IMG/VR virus record: IMGVR_UViG_3300031758_000005
Length of the DNA stretch: 64,000 nt
Origin: a virus
Lineage: Duplodnaviria > Heunggongvirae > Uroviricota > Caudoviricetes
Strand: one strand, 5' to 3'
In this document: in pieces, positions 1 to 10,233 of the stretch
Position numbering within the stretch: the stretch's first letter is position 1
Layout: the number at the start of each line of letters is the position of its first letter
The notes under the pieces: model-generated
Database searches by the model: none
Told to the model about the DNA's origin: nothing
What the model saw: the letters and a program-made list of their open reading frames with translations, nothing else
Translations under genes and position numbers: made by a program

Positions 1-693
1 TACTTGAATTCTACTTTGTGGAAATGATACGTTTTCATAGAGTTTACGTTTAACAATGAAAAATTCTACTTCAATTGAATTGAGGGGCACATTAAACTTT
101 TTACTATAAACACTTTTATACAGGTGCAATTGCGCTAACTTAGTAGGATCTTCCTTCATATAACTGTTCCATCCGCTACTAGATGTCTTGAAATCAATGA
201 TTTTATAGTATTCTTTATTTTTTTCTTTTAATACCAAATCAATGAAACCAACGAACTCAACATTATTTTTAATGGGTATTTCTAGTGGAATTTCGATACC
301 AACCAATTCATAGTCTTTGGTAGAGAAGTATTTGAGTCTATTAGCAGATTTACAGAATGTATCTATAATATCATTACCATCAAAAATGAAGTCGGTAAAT
401 TCTTCTTCTTTTACATCTTTTACCTTTTTGATTTCCTCATTAAACTTATCTAAGAATAACTTCTTTACATCCAACGAGTCTGCAATGCCTACCCCTTCCT
501 TATATAAGGATGTAAGATAGGTTTGAAATGCATGATGAATGGCAGTTCCAAACGTGGTATTAATATTATCATCTTTAACACGAAGATTCTTAACATAATC
601 CAAATACCACTTTTGGGGACATTTTAGAAATGTAGAATATTGGCTAAAACTGACTCGTTTCTTTTTTATTTCTTTAATTTCTTCAGTTGACAT
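1..693 (-). CDS. PD-(D/E)XK (RecB/Cas4-like) exonuclease, runs off the window start
   Basis: Translated by hand from ATG 693: MSTEEIKEIKKKRVSFSQYSTFLKCPQKWYLDY...FGTAIH...GIEIPL...GFIDLVL...IIDFKTS...QLHLY. No stop before base 1, so it is absent from the ORF track. Confidence 0.8.
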   Translation of the reverse strand, partial: MSTEEIKEIKKKRVSFSQYSTFLKCPQKWYLDYVKNLRVKDDNINTTFGTAIHHAFQTYLTSLYKEGVGIADSLDVKKLFLDKFNEEIKKVKDVKEEEFTDFIFDGNDIIDTFCKSANRLKYFSTKDYELVGIEIPLEIPIKNNVEFVGFIDLVLKEKNKEYYKIIDFKTSSSGWNSYMKEDPTKLAQLHLYKSVYSKKFNVPLNSIEVEFFIVKRKLYENVSFPQSRIQV

Positions 694-699
694 TACATT

Positions 700-727
700 A
701 TCTTACACTATAATTTAAAATAGTCAA
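700..727 (-). promoter_or_regulatory. sigma70-type promoter (TTGACT-N16-TAAGAT)
   Basis: -35 at 727-722 and -10 at 705-700; the -10 ends 6 nt before ATG 693. Confidence 0.6.
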
Positions 728-744
728 CTTATAAAAACTATATA

Positions 745-1485
745 TTGTATATGAAAAAAATACTATTACTTCTATTAATGTCTCTAAATCTTGTCGCCAA
801 TGATCTGTATCTATATGACACAAATGAACAAATTGAAATAACCGAGGTTATTAACAATAAACTTAGTGTGTTAAACGCCCAAATTAATAATACCTTTACA
901 CTTACTAACAGTTTGAATATAAACACCCAAACCAATAGTACCGCTACATATGTGTTTCCATATAGAATTGCTATACACCAACGTGAAAGCACCAGTACAT
1001 ACTTCAATCAAACAAGTACTGAATATGATAATAATTTCAAATTGCCTGAGGTTGTTAAAGTAAAAGACGCAATGTTTAACTTTACGAGTAATGGTGAGTT
1101 ATACTGTGTCAGTGAAAGTGCTACTACAAATACAATTCTAACTTCTTTATGTTCGGTTGTATTCAATAAAACAAGTTTCTTTATAAAGTCAGGTGATAAA
1201 TATACACAGATATATGTTGTTGGTGGTAACGCAACTGTATTGGATAGTAAATCAAAGAAGAAGAAAGATTTAAAAGAGGGAGATTATTTGGTTGTTACTC
1301 CCCAAGTTATATTAAATGCTAGAGAAGCAACTGTTACCAAGATGGGCAACAGTTTCAGTATCAAAGAAGTAGAAGATGAAGAAAAAGATGCTCATAGCAA
1401 ATCTATTCAAACTTTGAAGGTAAAATTAGACAATACTTTATTTGTAAACTACGGACAAAATATTTTTGGTTTTAAATTAAAATGA
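745..1485 (+). CDS. Signal-peptide protein with possible FecR-like beta domain
   Basis: N-terminus MKKILLLLLMSLNLVA. The segment TSFFIKSGDKYTQIYVVGGNATV...LKEGDYLVV resembles FecR-family strands. Confidence 0.45.
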   Translation: MYMKKILLLLLMSLNLVANDLYLYDTNEQIEITEVINNKLSVLNAQINNTFTLTNSLNINTQTNSTATYVFPYRIAIHQRESTSTYFNQTSTEYDNNFKLPEVVKVKDAMFNFTSNGELYCVSESATTNTILTSLCSVVFNKTSFFIKSGDKYTQIYVVGGNATVLDSKSKKKKDLKEGDYLVVTPQVILNAREATVTKMGNSFSIKEVEDEEKDAHSKSIQTLKVKLDNTLFVNYGQNIFGFKLK

Positions 1486-1709
1486 AATTAGATCATCTAG
1501 AGTCTCTCACAGAAGACGAATTAGCAATGTTATGGTTCTGTATTAATAAAATTAATCCACCTGTGTTAAGCGGAGAAGAACTTGAACCGTGTTTATTCGT
1601 TTCAATTAAACATAAACGGTTGATGGATAGAATATTACAATGTGCGCAACACGTAAAAGAAGAACATCACGCAGTTTTCACTGGACTTGTTGCTAAATTG
1701 AAGGTATAG
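1482..1709 (+). CDS. Hypothetical protein
   Basis: 75-aa ORF overlapping the upstream stop and abutting the polymerase gene. Confidence 0.6.
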   Translation: MKLDHLESLTEDELAMLWFCINKINPPVLSGEELEPCLFVSIKHKRLMDRILQCAQHVKEEHHAVFTGLVAKLKV

Positions 1710-1716
1710 TGGTTGT

Positions 1717-4368
1717 ATGTATCAAAATATATTTGTTTCAAAGAAAGATAACATTATTCACTTGTGGGATGATAAAAAAGGATATGTAACGGTTCCGTAT
1801 CGTCCATATGCTTATCGAAAGCGTGAAGGTGGAATGTATCGTAGTATTTATGGAGACGAATTGGAAAAGGTATACAAATTCAATCCAAAAGACCCAAGTT
1901 TATTTGAAAGTGATGTTCCAGCAGAAACTCGCATCTTGATTGATGCTTACGAGAACAGTGACGAACCTTCTGAAGGACATCGTGTTGTATATCTTGACAT
2001 TGAGGTTAGTACCGAAGGTGGCTTTCCAAACGTAGAAGAAGCTGATAAAGAAATTACAGCTATTGCTATTTATGATAGTTGTACATCTAAATATACAGCT
2101 TTCATTTTGGATAAAGAACATAAGCTACAGGACTTCGTTAAAGAAAATGTAGAAGTACGTAGTTTTACAGATGAAGATAGTCTATTGATGCACTTTCTTA
2201 CCAAATGGGAAGAAATTCAACCTACTATTAGTACTGGTTGGAACAGTGATAACTTCGACATGCCGTATCTATTCCGTCGTATGAAAAATATCGTTGGTCC
2301 AAACAATGCAAAACGTTTGAGTCCAATTCAAGTTGCTTATATCAATGACTGGAATAAGAAAGTTATTGTAGCTGGGGTAACTCATTTGGATTATATGACT
2401 CTTTACAAGAAGCTTAATATTAAACAAGAAGCTAGTTATGCTCTTGGTGCTATTGGTAAAAAGATCGTGGGTATGGAAAAGATTGCCTATAAAGGTAGTT
2501 TGGATGATTTGTACAAAGCTGATATCAACAAGTATATTGAATATAACTTGAACGACGTACAAATCATTGTAGCACTAGAAAAGAAGTTACAGTTTATTGA
2601 ATTGGCAAGGGCTATTTGTCACAAAGGTCACGTTCCATATGAATGGTATGAAATGAGTTCTCGTTTCATTGAAGGTGCTATTCTTATGTATCTACGTCGT
2701 AAAGGACAAGTCGCTAAAAATAAATCATTGGATGGTCGTGATGAATATGAAACTCAAATGGAAGATAATGAACAAGGTTTTGAAGGTGCTTATGTTAAAG
2801 CTCCTACTCCCGGTCGTTATGATTGGGTCTTTGACTTGGACCTTACATCAATGTATCCGAATATCATCATCAGTCTTAACTTATCGCCTGAAACTAAAGT
2901 AGCAGTAATTAATAAGATTGAATATGATAATTCTTATGTAGAAGATCGTACCAAAGAAATTCGTGAGGATTATGAGAATCTAGGTGATAGTGCTCAAAAG
3001 AAGACTCCATTTGCTCAATATCTTGAACAACGATTGTACGCATTTAATGCTAGATTGTTTGCTCAAGACAAGATTGGCAAGTATCACGTTGGATCTACAG
3101 TTTATACCAATGATGAATTTAAACAATTGGTTGTCCAAAGCAATTTGAGTGTGGCTAGTAATGGTGTAATGTGTAAGAAAGACAAGACTGGGGTTATTCC
3201 AGAAATTCTAGTAAAGTGGTTCGATGAACGTAAAGATCTTCGTAAACTTGCTAAGAAGCATGCGGATTTAAAAGAATGGGAAAAATATGAATTTTATGAT
3301 GGTCGTCAAAAAGTACAAAAAGTATTACTTAATTCAATCTATGGTGTATTGGGTCTACCGATCTTTAGATTTTATGACAAGGATAATGCGAGCGCTGTTA
3401 CCATAACTGGTCAAGATATTATCAAATCTACTGGTAAAGCTATCAATGAGTGTTTCAAACGTTCATTGAATGAGAAAGAAGGAGATTGGGTTATCTATAC
3501 AGATACAGATAGTTGTTTTGCTAGTGCATTACCTATCATTAAAAAGAATATGCCTGATATCGATCTAAATGATGAAAAGGCAATGACTGAGGCTATTTTG
3601 AAAGTAACTGGCGATGTACAATCGTTTGTCAATAAGTTTTATGATGTAATGGCAAAACGTTACTTCAACATTGAGAAACATCGTTTTGATGCAAAACAAG
3701 AAGTTATTGCTAAGACCAGTTTCTGGTTGGCTAAGAAACGATATGCTCAGTTTATTATCAACAAAGCTGGTATTGAGTGTGATGAAATGGAAGTAAAGGG
3801 TATTGACGTAGTTCGTACCAGCTTTCCAATTCGATTTCGTAAGTTTATGCAAAAGTTCTTGGATGATATGTTACGTAAACTCCCAAAAGATCAAATTGAT
3901 GCTAGTATTCTTGAATTTAAAGATAAGATGTCTACTTATCCAGTTATTGAGATTGCAAAGAATACTAGTGTAAAGTTTAAGAGTCAAAATGGAGATAATG
4001 ATTATAATCCAAAGACCAGACATCCATTTCAGTTTATGGATGGTACTCCAGCACAAGCTAAAGCTGCTTTGGCTTATAATGATTTGTTGAAGACTTGGAA
4101 GTTAGACAAAGATGTACCTGAGATTTTCCACGGTCAAAAGATCAAGTGGGTATATCTAAAACAAAACCAATATGGTATTGAGGGTATTGCTATGAAAGCT
4201 GATGGTACTGATCCTGATCGTATTATGGAGTTCATTGAACAATATGTAGACAGAAATGCTATGTATGAACAAGAACTTAAAGGCAAGTTGTTAGACTTTT
4301 ATAATGTGTTGAATTGGAGTTATCCAAATGAAACAGATGTTAAATTAGAAGAGTTTTTTAGTTTTTAA
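1717..4368 (+). CDS. Family B DNA polymerase (T4 gp43-like)
   Basis: Exonuclease motifs DIEV, GWNSDNFDMPYL and YNLNDV; polymerase motifs DLTSMYPNII, KVLLNSIYG and YTDTDS. Confidence 0.98.
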   Translation: MYQNIFVSKKDNIIHLWDDKKGYVTVPYRPYAYRKREGGMYRSIYGDELEKVYKFNPKDPSLFESDVPAETRILIDAYENSDEPSEGHRVVYLDIEVSTEGGFPNVEEADKEITAIAIYDSCTSKYTAFILDKEHKLQDFVKENVEVRSFTDEDSLLMHFLTKWEEIQPTISTGWNSDNFDMPYLFRRMKNIVGPNNAKRLSPIQVAYINDWNKKVIVAGVTHLDYMTLYKKLNIKQEASYALGAIGKKIVGMEKIAYKGSLDDLYKADINKYIEYNLNDVQIIVALEKKLQFIELARAICHKGHVPYEWYEMSSRFIEGAILMYLRRKGQVAKNKSLDGRDEYETQMEDNEQGFEGAYVKAPTPGRYDWVFDLDLTSMYPNIIISLNLSPETKVAVINKIEYDNSYVEDRTKEIREDYENLGDSAQKKTPFAQYLEQRLYAFNARLFAQDKIGKYHVGSTVYTNDEFKQLVVQSNLSVASNGVMCKKDKTGVIPEILVKWFDERKDLRKLAKKHADLKEWEKYEFYDGRQKVQKVLLNSIYGVLGLPIFRFYDKDNASAVTITGQDIIKSTGKAINECFKRSLNEKEGDWVIYTDTDSCFASALPIIKKNMPDIDLNDEKAMTEAILKVTGDVQSFVNKFYDVMAKRYFNIEKHRFDAKQEVIAKTSFWLAKKRYAQFIINKAGIECDEMEVKGIDVVRTSFPIRFRKFMQKFLDDMLRKLPKDQIDASILEFKDKMSTYPVIEIAKNTSVKFKSQNGDNDYNPKTRHPFQFMDGTPAQAKAALAYNDLLKTWKLDKDVPEIFHGQKIKWVYLKQNQYGIEGIAMKADGTDPDRIMEFIEQYVDRNAMYEQELKGKLLDFYNVLNWSYPNETDVKLEEFFSF

Positions 4369-4374
4369 AAAGTT

Positions 4375-4782
4375 ATGAAAAAATATAGTGAGTTATTGAC
4401 TATTCCTGAAGAGGGATCGTCGTTAGAGTTGAAAACCAGTTATGATACAGTTATTGCTCGTAAATATGAACGTGTGGTAATTGGTCAACGGGGTCCATAT
4501 GTAGAATTTACACCCAATCAAATGCTGTGTGATAAACTGTTTATTCCTAAAAATCAATTATATAGACTAAGTGACCCAAAGGTTTACTATATTGAGTTTA
4601 GAACCAATGATAGTAGCAATGTGAAGGTATATTATCAAATGAGAACAGTCGCATATGCAGATTATAAAATTGGTTGCTTTTATGTATCACCAAGTGATTT
4701 ATACAGTGAGGGTATAAAGTGTCTTTCTGAAAAGAATCACAGCAATGAAAACGTGGGATTATTTTTTGAATTCAACAATTGA
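4375..4782 (+). CDS. Hypothetical protein
   Basis: 135-aa ORF between the polymerase and clamp genes. Confidence 0.65.
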   Translation: MKKYSELLTIPEEGSSLELKTSYDTVIARKYERVVIGQRGPYVEFTPNQMLCDKLFIPKNQLYRLSDPKVYYIEFRTNDSSNVKVYYQMRTVAYADYKIGCFYVSPSDLYSEGIKCLSEKNHSNENVGLFFEFNN

Positions 4783-4807
4783 CAAACAAATCGACATCGG
4801 TTAACAT
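4779..4807 (+). promoter_or_regulatory. sigma70-type promoter (TTGACA-N17-TAACAT)
   Basis: The -10 ends 8 nt before ATG 4816. Confidence 0.55.
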
Positions 4808-4815
4808 TATAGAGT

Positions 4816-5553
4816 ATGAAGAAACAAATATTAACTACATTTATCGACAAATATTCACTCAACGGTACCATTGAAAGTGTTAAATGGATCGTTGACAACA
4901 GCAACAAACAAATCAAAACAGCATCAATTAGTGATGATAAAAACGTTATCAGTTATGTTGTGATTAAAGATGACGCGGGGTTGACTGATTCTGAGATTGG
5001 CATCAATGACACTACCAAGCTAAAGAAGTTGTTGAATGTTCTAACAGAGGACGTTAACATCTCATATAACAAGCGTGAAGAGAAGATTGTTTCACTATCA
5101 TTGAACAGTGAAGGTACTGATGTACAGTACGTTACTGCTGATTTGACTGTGATTCCAAAGGTTCCAGATCTCAAAAAGTTGCCTCCGTTCAATTTAGAGA
5201 TTCCTCTTACGAAGGAGTTTGTTACTACATTCGTTAAAGCTAAGAGTGCTTTGAGTGATGTTGATACAATGACTTTTATCAAAGATAAAAAGGATAAGAT
5301 CAAGTTAACTATTGGATATAGCAGTGTTAATAGCAATCGTATTAATATCGATATCAAGCCAACAGAAGGTAAAGATACTCTTGGTAAGACTATTCACTTT
5401 AGTGCTAAGTATCTAAAAGAGATTTTGACTAGCAATAGTGATTGTGAAAATGCAGTATTGAAGATCAGTGATGCTGGTATTGCTCACGTTGAGTTTAATA
5501 ACGATCTATTCAATAGTTCTTATTATCTAATTGACATCAAGAGCGTAGATTAA
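4816..5553 (+). CDS. DNA polymerase sliding clamp (gp45-like)
   Basis: 245 aa, beta-rich, located between the polymerase and clamp loader. C-terminal FSAKYLKEIL...LKISDAGIAHVEF...SSYYL matches clamp-type patterns. Confidence 0.75.
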   Translation: MKKQILTTFIDKYSLNGTIESVKWIVDNSNKQIKTASISDDKNVISYVVIKDDAGLTDSEIGINDTTKLKKLLNVLTEDVNISYNKREEKIVSLSLNSEGTDVQYVTADLTVIPKVPDLKKLPPFNLEIPLTKEFVTTFVKAKSALSDVDTMTFIKDKKDKIKLTIGYSSVNSNRINIDIKPTEGKDTLGKTIHFSAKYLKEILTSNSDCENAVLKISDAGIAHVEFNNDLFNSSYYLIDIKSVD

Positions 5554-5561
5554 TACTAATT

Positions 5562-6518
5562 ATGAGTTTCTTTGTTGAAGAAAAGTCAGATAGTGTGGAA
5601 CAACATAGTCTTTGGGCTGAAAAATATCGTCCATCGAAACTAGACAATTATATCTGCTCTGACAGTATCAGAGCAGTTTTTCAAGATTTTATTAATAAGA
5701 AACACATTCCACATATACTTTTACACGGTGGTGCTGGAACTGGTAAGACTACATTGGCAAAAATTCTAACAAGTAACATTGAATGTGATGTTATGTATGT
5801 TAATGCTAGTGATAATACCAAGGTGGAGTTTATTCGTGAAACTATTAAGCCATTTGCAGCTTCAACTGGTTTCAATCCATTGAAAGTTGTTATTTTGGAT
5901 GAAGCTGACTTTTTGTCAGCTAGCAGTCAGGCATCTTTGCGTAACTTGATGGAGACTTATAGTAGTACTACCAGGTTCATTTTAACGTGTAATTATGTTG
6001 AAAAGATTATTGATCCGTTGTGTAGTCGTAGTCAGGTATTTAAACTTGAACCACCTTCATTAAAAGATGTAGCTGTACATATCAAGAATATTTTGGATAA
6101 AGAATCTATCAAGTATGAATTGGTGGATCTAAAGAAGATTGTTCAGGATTTTTATCCTGACGTTCGTAAGATCATCAATTTTATTCAACAGAGTTCTTCG
6201 GATGGTAAATTGAAGATCTTGCAAAGTCAAGGTGCTAGCTTTGATTTGAAGAACAAGTTAATTGACTTATTAAAGTCTGCTAAGACCAATGGCAAGTCAT
6301 TTAATGAAATTCGCCAATTGATTAATGATGCGGGTACCCGTAATTTTGAAGAACTTTATACAGAACTATATTCTAGGATTGACGAATATGCAGTTGGTAA
6401 AGAAACATTAATTATTATAGAAATCGCAGAATATGTATATCAGAGCAGTATGGTCGTAGACAAGGAAATTACGTTTATGGCATGTGTTGCTAAAATTATC
6501 AAATCAATTAATAAATAA
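5562..6518 (+). CDS. Clamp loader AAA+ subunit (RFC small subunit/gp44-like)
   Basis: LWAEKYRP, Walker A GGAGTGKTT, Walker B ILDEAD, FILTCN and an SRC-like motif CSRS. Confidence 0.92.
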   Translation: MSFFVEEKSDSVEQHSLWAEKYRPSKLDNYICSDSIRAVFQDFINKKHIPHILLHGGAGTGKTTLAKILTSNIECDVMYVNASDNTKVEFIRETIKPFAASTGFNPLKVVILDEADFLSASSQASLRNLMETYSSTTRFILTCNYVEKIIDPLCSRSQVFKLEPPSLKDVAVHIKNILDKESIKYELVDLKKIVQDFYPDVRKIINFIQQSSSDGKLKILQSQGASFDLKNKLIDLLKSAKTNGKSFNEIRQLINDAGTRNFEELYTELYSRIDEYAVGKETLIIIEIAEYVYQSSMVVDKEITFMACVAKIIKSINK

Positions 6519-6519
6519 T

Positions 6520-7521
6520 ATGTTTCAAAAAAGAGCTATAGTATTAGGCGCTGGTGGTTTTATAGGTGGACATTTGGTTAAAAAACTAAAAGAAGAGGGT
6601 TATTGGGTCCGTGGAGTTGATATCAAAAATAATGAATATCATAATTATGCCGACGAATTTATTTTAGGAGATTTAACCGATTCTAACATTGTAGAATCTG
6701 TAATTTCAGAAAACATCGATGAGGTGTATCAATTAGCGGCTGATATGGGTGGCGCTTTGTATATTTTTACAGGTCAGAATGATGCAAATGTAATGCATAA
6801 TTCTGCATTAATTAATCTTAATGTAGTACATCAATGTGTTAAGAAAAAGGTAAAGAAAGTATTTTATTCATCTAGTGCCTGTGTATATCCTGAATATAAT
6901 CAGATGGATCCGAACAATCCAAAATGTGCGGAAAAAGATGCTTATCCAGCTGAACCAGACAGTGAATATGGTTGGGAAAAATTATTTAGTGAAAGATTAT
7001 ATTTAGCCTATAATAGAAATTATAAGTTAGACGTTAGAATTGCTAGGTTTCACAATATATTTGGTCCATGCGGAACATATAAAGGTGGCAAAGAAAAAGC
7101 GCCTGCCGCTATGTGTCGCAAAGCGATTGAATCGGAAAACAATTCTACGTTTGAAGTATGGGGAGATGGATTGCAAACTCGTTCATTTCTTTATATAGAC
7201 GAATGTATAGAAGGTATTTTGAGACTTATGCGACAAGATAGTTTTATTGGACCCGTAAATATTGGGTCTGAACAGATGGTATCAATAAACGATTTAGCTC
7301 AAATGGCAATTAAATTGTCTGGTAAAAATCTTAAAATAAGTAATATTGCGGGAGAAGAATTTTATAAAAAATATGGTTTTAAATGTCCTACGGGTGTACG
7401 TGGTAGAAATTCAAACAATTGTTTATATAAAGAAAAAATGAATTGGTCACCTACGCAACCACTGGATATAGGTATAAAAAATACCTACGAATGGATTTAT
7501 AATCAAATTAAAAATTTTTAA
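6520..7521 (+). CDS. NAD-dependent epimerase, GDP-mannose 3,5-epimerase-like
   Basis: GAGGFIG, YSSSACVYP, YGWEK, GGKEKAPAAMCRK and WGDGLQTRSF. Start moved to ATG 6520, just after the clamp-loader stop. Confidence 0.88.
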   Translation: MFQKRAIVLGAGGFIGGHLVKKLKEEGYWVRGVDIKNNEYHNYADEFILGDLTDSNIVESVISENIDEVYQLAADMGGALYIFTGQNDANVMHNSALINLNVVHQCVKKKVKKVFYSSSACVYPEYNQMDPNNPKCAEKDAYPAEPDSEYGWEKLFSERLYLAYNRNYKLDVRIARFHNIFGPCGTYKGGKEKAPAAMCRKAIESENNSTFEVWGDGLQTRSFLYIDECIEGILRLMRQDSFIGPVNIGSEQMVSINDLAQMAIKLSGKNLKISNIAGEEFYKKYGFKCPTGVRGRNSNNCLYKEKMNWSPTQPLDIGIKNTYEWIYNQIKNF

Positions 7522-7523
7522 TT

Positions 7524-10232
7524 ATGTTTAAATTTAATAATTGGGATGTTGTTAGTAAAATTTCTATCGACAAATTAGCTTCGTTAATTATAACGGATAA
7601 GTCTGTAGATAACATTAATTCAGATAAATTATTGTATAATTACATACCTACAGATGTAAATTTTACGATATTGGATTTTGGTTGTGGTATTGGTAGAAAT
7701 ACACTTGATATTGCTAATAAATTTCCAAATGTAACTATTATTGGATATGACAATAGTTCAATGTTATCACGTGTTGAAGAATACTCTTTAAGGAGATATA
7801 ATAAAAAATTAGAAGAGTATAAAAATGTTCAACTTATTTCTGATTGGGCATTTATAAAAAATATAAAATTTGACTTTATATTTGCTACTTTAGTTTTTCA
7901 ACATATTAATGAGGACGATTTAACCGTTTATCTTAATGATATTAGAAATATGACCGATAAGTTGCTTGTGTCAGGACGCAGGTTTAATGATGAATCGGTA
8001 AATGGCATTTATAAAAATACTTGGGAAATTTTACAAAAAAACAATTATGTGCCTGTTTCTAATAAAAGAACTGACAATCAAGAGTTTAATGTATACGGAG
8101 ATCCAAATGACCATTTTTCTTGTTTATATATTGTAAATAAACCATCGAATTCTATAATAGATATAGATGATTCTGTGGAAATAGTTCTTGGTCGTGGATG
8201 GCATAATTTAGAAGGAACAGATGAATTGTGCTGGAGATGGACATCTGAATTGTTTTTTGTACAAATAAACAATTTTAATTACGATTTCATTTCGATTGAA
8301 TCTGCCAACTTACCATACGCAGCAACTGTAAAGTTTTATACAAAATATAAAGATAGTGATGATTACCAGTTGTTTACAACAGTTAGTGCTGAAAAAGATA
8401 AAAAGTTGTTTGTTAAGATTCCATTAAATAATGTAGTGGAAATAAGATGTGAATCTAGTACATTTACCCCAAGTGATATTGATCCAAAAAGTCAAGACAA
8501 TAGAAAATTGGGAATTAGAGTAAATGGATTTACGATGTGGAAAAATGAAGTATCAAACTTTATTGGTATGAACGCTATCTTTTATTATAAAGACGACATT
8601 TCATATAAAAAATTATCTTATATTGAAACTCACACAGATAAATTTTTTCAATTTCCAAAAGTCCAACATTCATCTAATTTAGATAATTATACAGTACTAT
8701 TAACGTGTCACGGAGATAGACTTTCATTTGGAAAAAAAGCTTATCAATCTATTATTGACGCTGGTATCACCAATATAGTAATAGTAGTGTCAGGATTTAA
8801 TTTTGAATATGTTAATTGGGCAAAACAGTTATCCAAAAAACATAAAGTAGTTATCATAGAAGATGAACGAAATAATAATTTATGTTGGATTGAAGGATTA
8901 AAAAATGTAACTACAAATTGGGTTACTATTCTTCACGATGATGACATCATCTTATCCGAAGTTAAAAATGCAGTAAATTTAATGAACGAAAATTGCGCAT
9001 TTGGAGTTTGGAAAGGATCGGTAGAAAATTTCATTACTAAAAAAACCGAGTTAAATTCAACTTTGGATATAGAGTTAAAAACTGGGGTGTACAAAGTAGA
9101 CGTAATAAAAGATTACATTATTAGACAGGGATATTCTTTATCGCCTATTCATGGAATTTTTCCAACTGATAAACTTCTTTCTTGTTTGATTGAATGGGAA
9201 CAAACTCACGGAAATGATAAATTTTTTTATGAACGTCCATCATTCGTTGTGGGAAACGATATATACATTTGGTCGCATTTTACTAAGAATTCAGATAATT
9301 TGTTCTTATTTTTTCAAGAAAAATGCGTTAAATGTATAAGTCACGATTCTAGCGCTACTCAAATTGATATTAACAGAAAAAAAATAGTTGATAGCAATTT
9401 TATAAAAATTTATTCTAAGGTAAAAAGTTTACATATTAAAAACAATTTAAAGGTCGGTATCATTTTTTATGTTCACCAAATGAACGATGGTATTAAAAAA
9501 TGTATTGATAATATAAATGATTATAAATTATCAAAATATAATATTCCATTTGTTGTGTATTCGGATAGCAATTTAGATGCTGTTAATTTTGTTAAATTTA
9601 ACAAAATGGAAGAAATGCAAGCTGGTTTATATAGAAAATGTGATAAATATGCATTCTGGGCATTTGTAGAAGGTATACGAATTGCTAAAGAAAAAGGTTG
9701 GGATTATTTCTTTTGTTACGAATGGGACTGTTTAATATCTAAGGATTATTGGTTTGATATATTATGGCAAGAACATTTAGCTTGGCCATATGAACCAATT
9801 ATTACAGGAACACCAGCAATTAGAATGCCTAAACTAGCAATAGGTAATTTTTTTCAAAGTATTCAAGATTATGTATACAACTATTCAAAAGAATGTAAAG
9901 TATCAATAAATATTGATCACGCTTCACCTATATCAATATATACAAATGGCGCACTTACATTTTATAATACAGAAAAAATGTGTGAGTTTTTTAATAAAGA
10001 ATTATACGGTACTATTTTAAATAAAAGCGAACACGTAGACGAAGTTGGTCCTTGGGATTTTGGTCTTGGAATTCGTATTTATAATAAACTTAAAGAAGAT
10101 TCTTTTAAAAGAGTAGGATGGTTGCCGTCGTCTTATTCAGGTTGTGGAGATTTTTGTTATAATGAAAAACAAAGATTGAATATGTTAGAAACCAATTTAA
10201 AAGTAATTATGCATCAATATAAATATATATAA
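7524..10232 (+). CDS. Multidomain glycan-modifying protein: class I SAM methyltransferase + accessory domain + glycosyltransferase-like domains
   Basis: LDFGCGIGRN (SAM binding); GRGWHNLEG..WRWT module; VTILHDDDIIL and CYEWDCLI (DxD-like motifs). Confidence 0.68.
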   Translation: MFKFNNWDVVSKISIDKLASLIITDKSVDNINSDKLLYNYIPTDVNFTILDFGCGIGRNTLDIANKFPNVTIIGYDNSSMLSRVEEYSLRRYNKKLEEYKNVQLISDWAFIKNIKFDFIFATLVFQHINEDDLTVYLNDIRNMTDKLLVSGRRFNDESVNGIYKNTWEILQKNNYVPVSNKRTDNQEFNVYGDPNDHFSCLYIVNKPSNSIIDIDDSVEIVLGRGWHNLEGTDELCWRWTSELFFVQINNFNYDFISIESANLPYAATVKFYTKYKDSDDYQLFTTVSAEKDKKLFVKIPLNNVVEIRCESSTFTPSDIDPKSQDNRKLGIRVNGFTMWKNEVSNFIGMNAIFYYKDDISYKKLSYIETHTDKFFQFPKVQHSSNLDNYTVLLTCHGDRLSFGKKAYQSIIDAGITNIVIVVSGFNFEYVNWAKQLSKKHKVVIIEDERNNNLCWIEGLKNVTTNWVTILHDDDIILSEVKNAVNLMNENCAFGVWKGSVENFITKKTELNSTLDIELKTGVYKVDVIKDYIIRQGYSLSPIHGIFPTDKLLSCLIEWEQTHGNDKFFYERPSFVVGNDIYIWSHFTKNSDNLFLFFQEKCVKCISHDSSATQIDINRKKIVDSNFIKIYSKVKSLHIKNNLKVGIIFYVHQMNDGIKKCIDNINDYKLSKYNIPFVVYSDSNLDAVNFVKFNKMEEMQAGLYRKCDKYAFWAFVEGIRIAKEKGWDYFFCYEWDCLISKDYWFDILWQEHLAWPYEPIITGTPAIRMPKLAIGNFFQSIQDYVYNYSKECKVSINIDHASPISIYTNGALTFYNTEKMCEFFNKELYGTILNKSEHVDEVGPWDFGLGIRIYNKLKEDSFKRVGWLPSSYSGCGDFCYNEKQRLNMLETNLKVIMHQYKYI

Positions 10233-10233
10233 T

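Noticed and set aside
2880-3180. Intein or intron in the DNA polymerase
   Set aside because: The insertion after motif A lacks C/S..HN-C/S/T splice junctions and LAGLIDADG motifs, and the total length of 883 aa is normal for family B phage polymerases.
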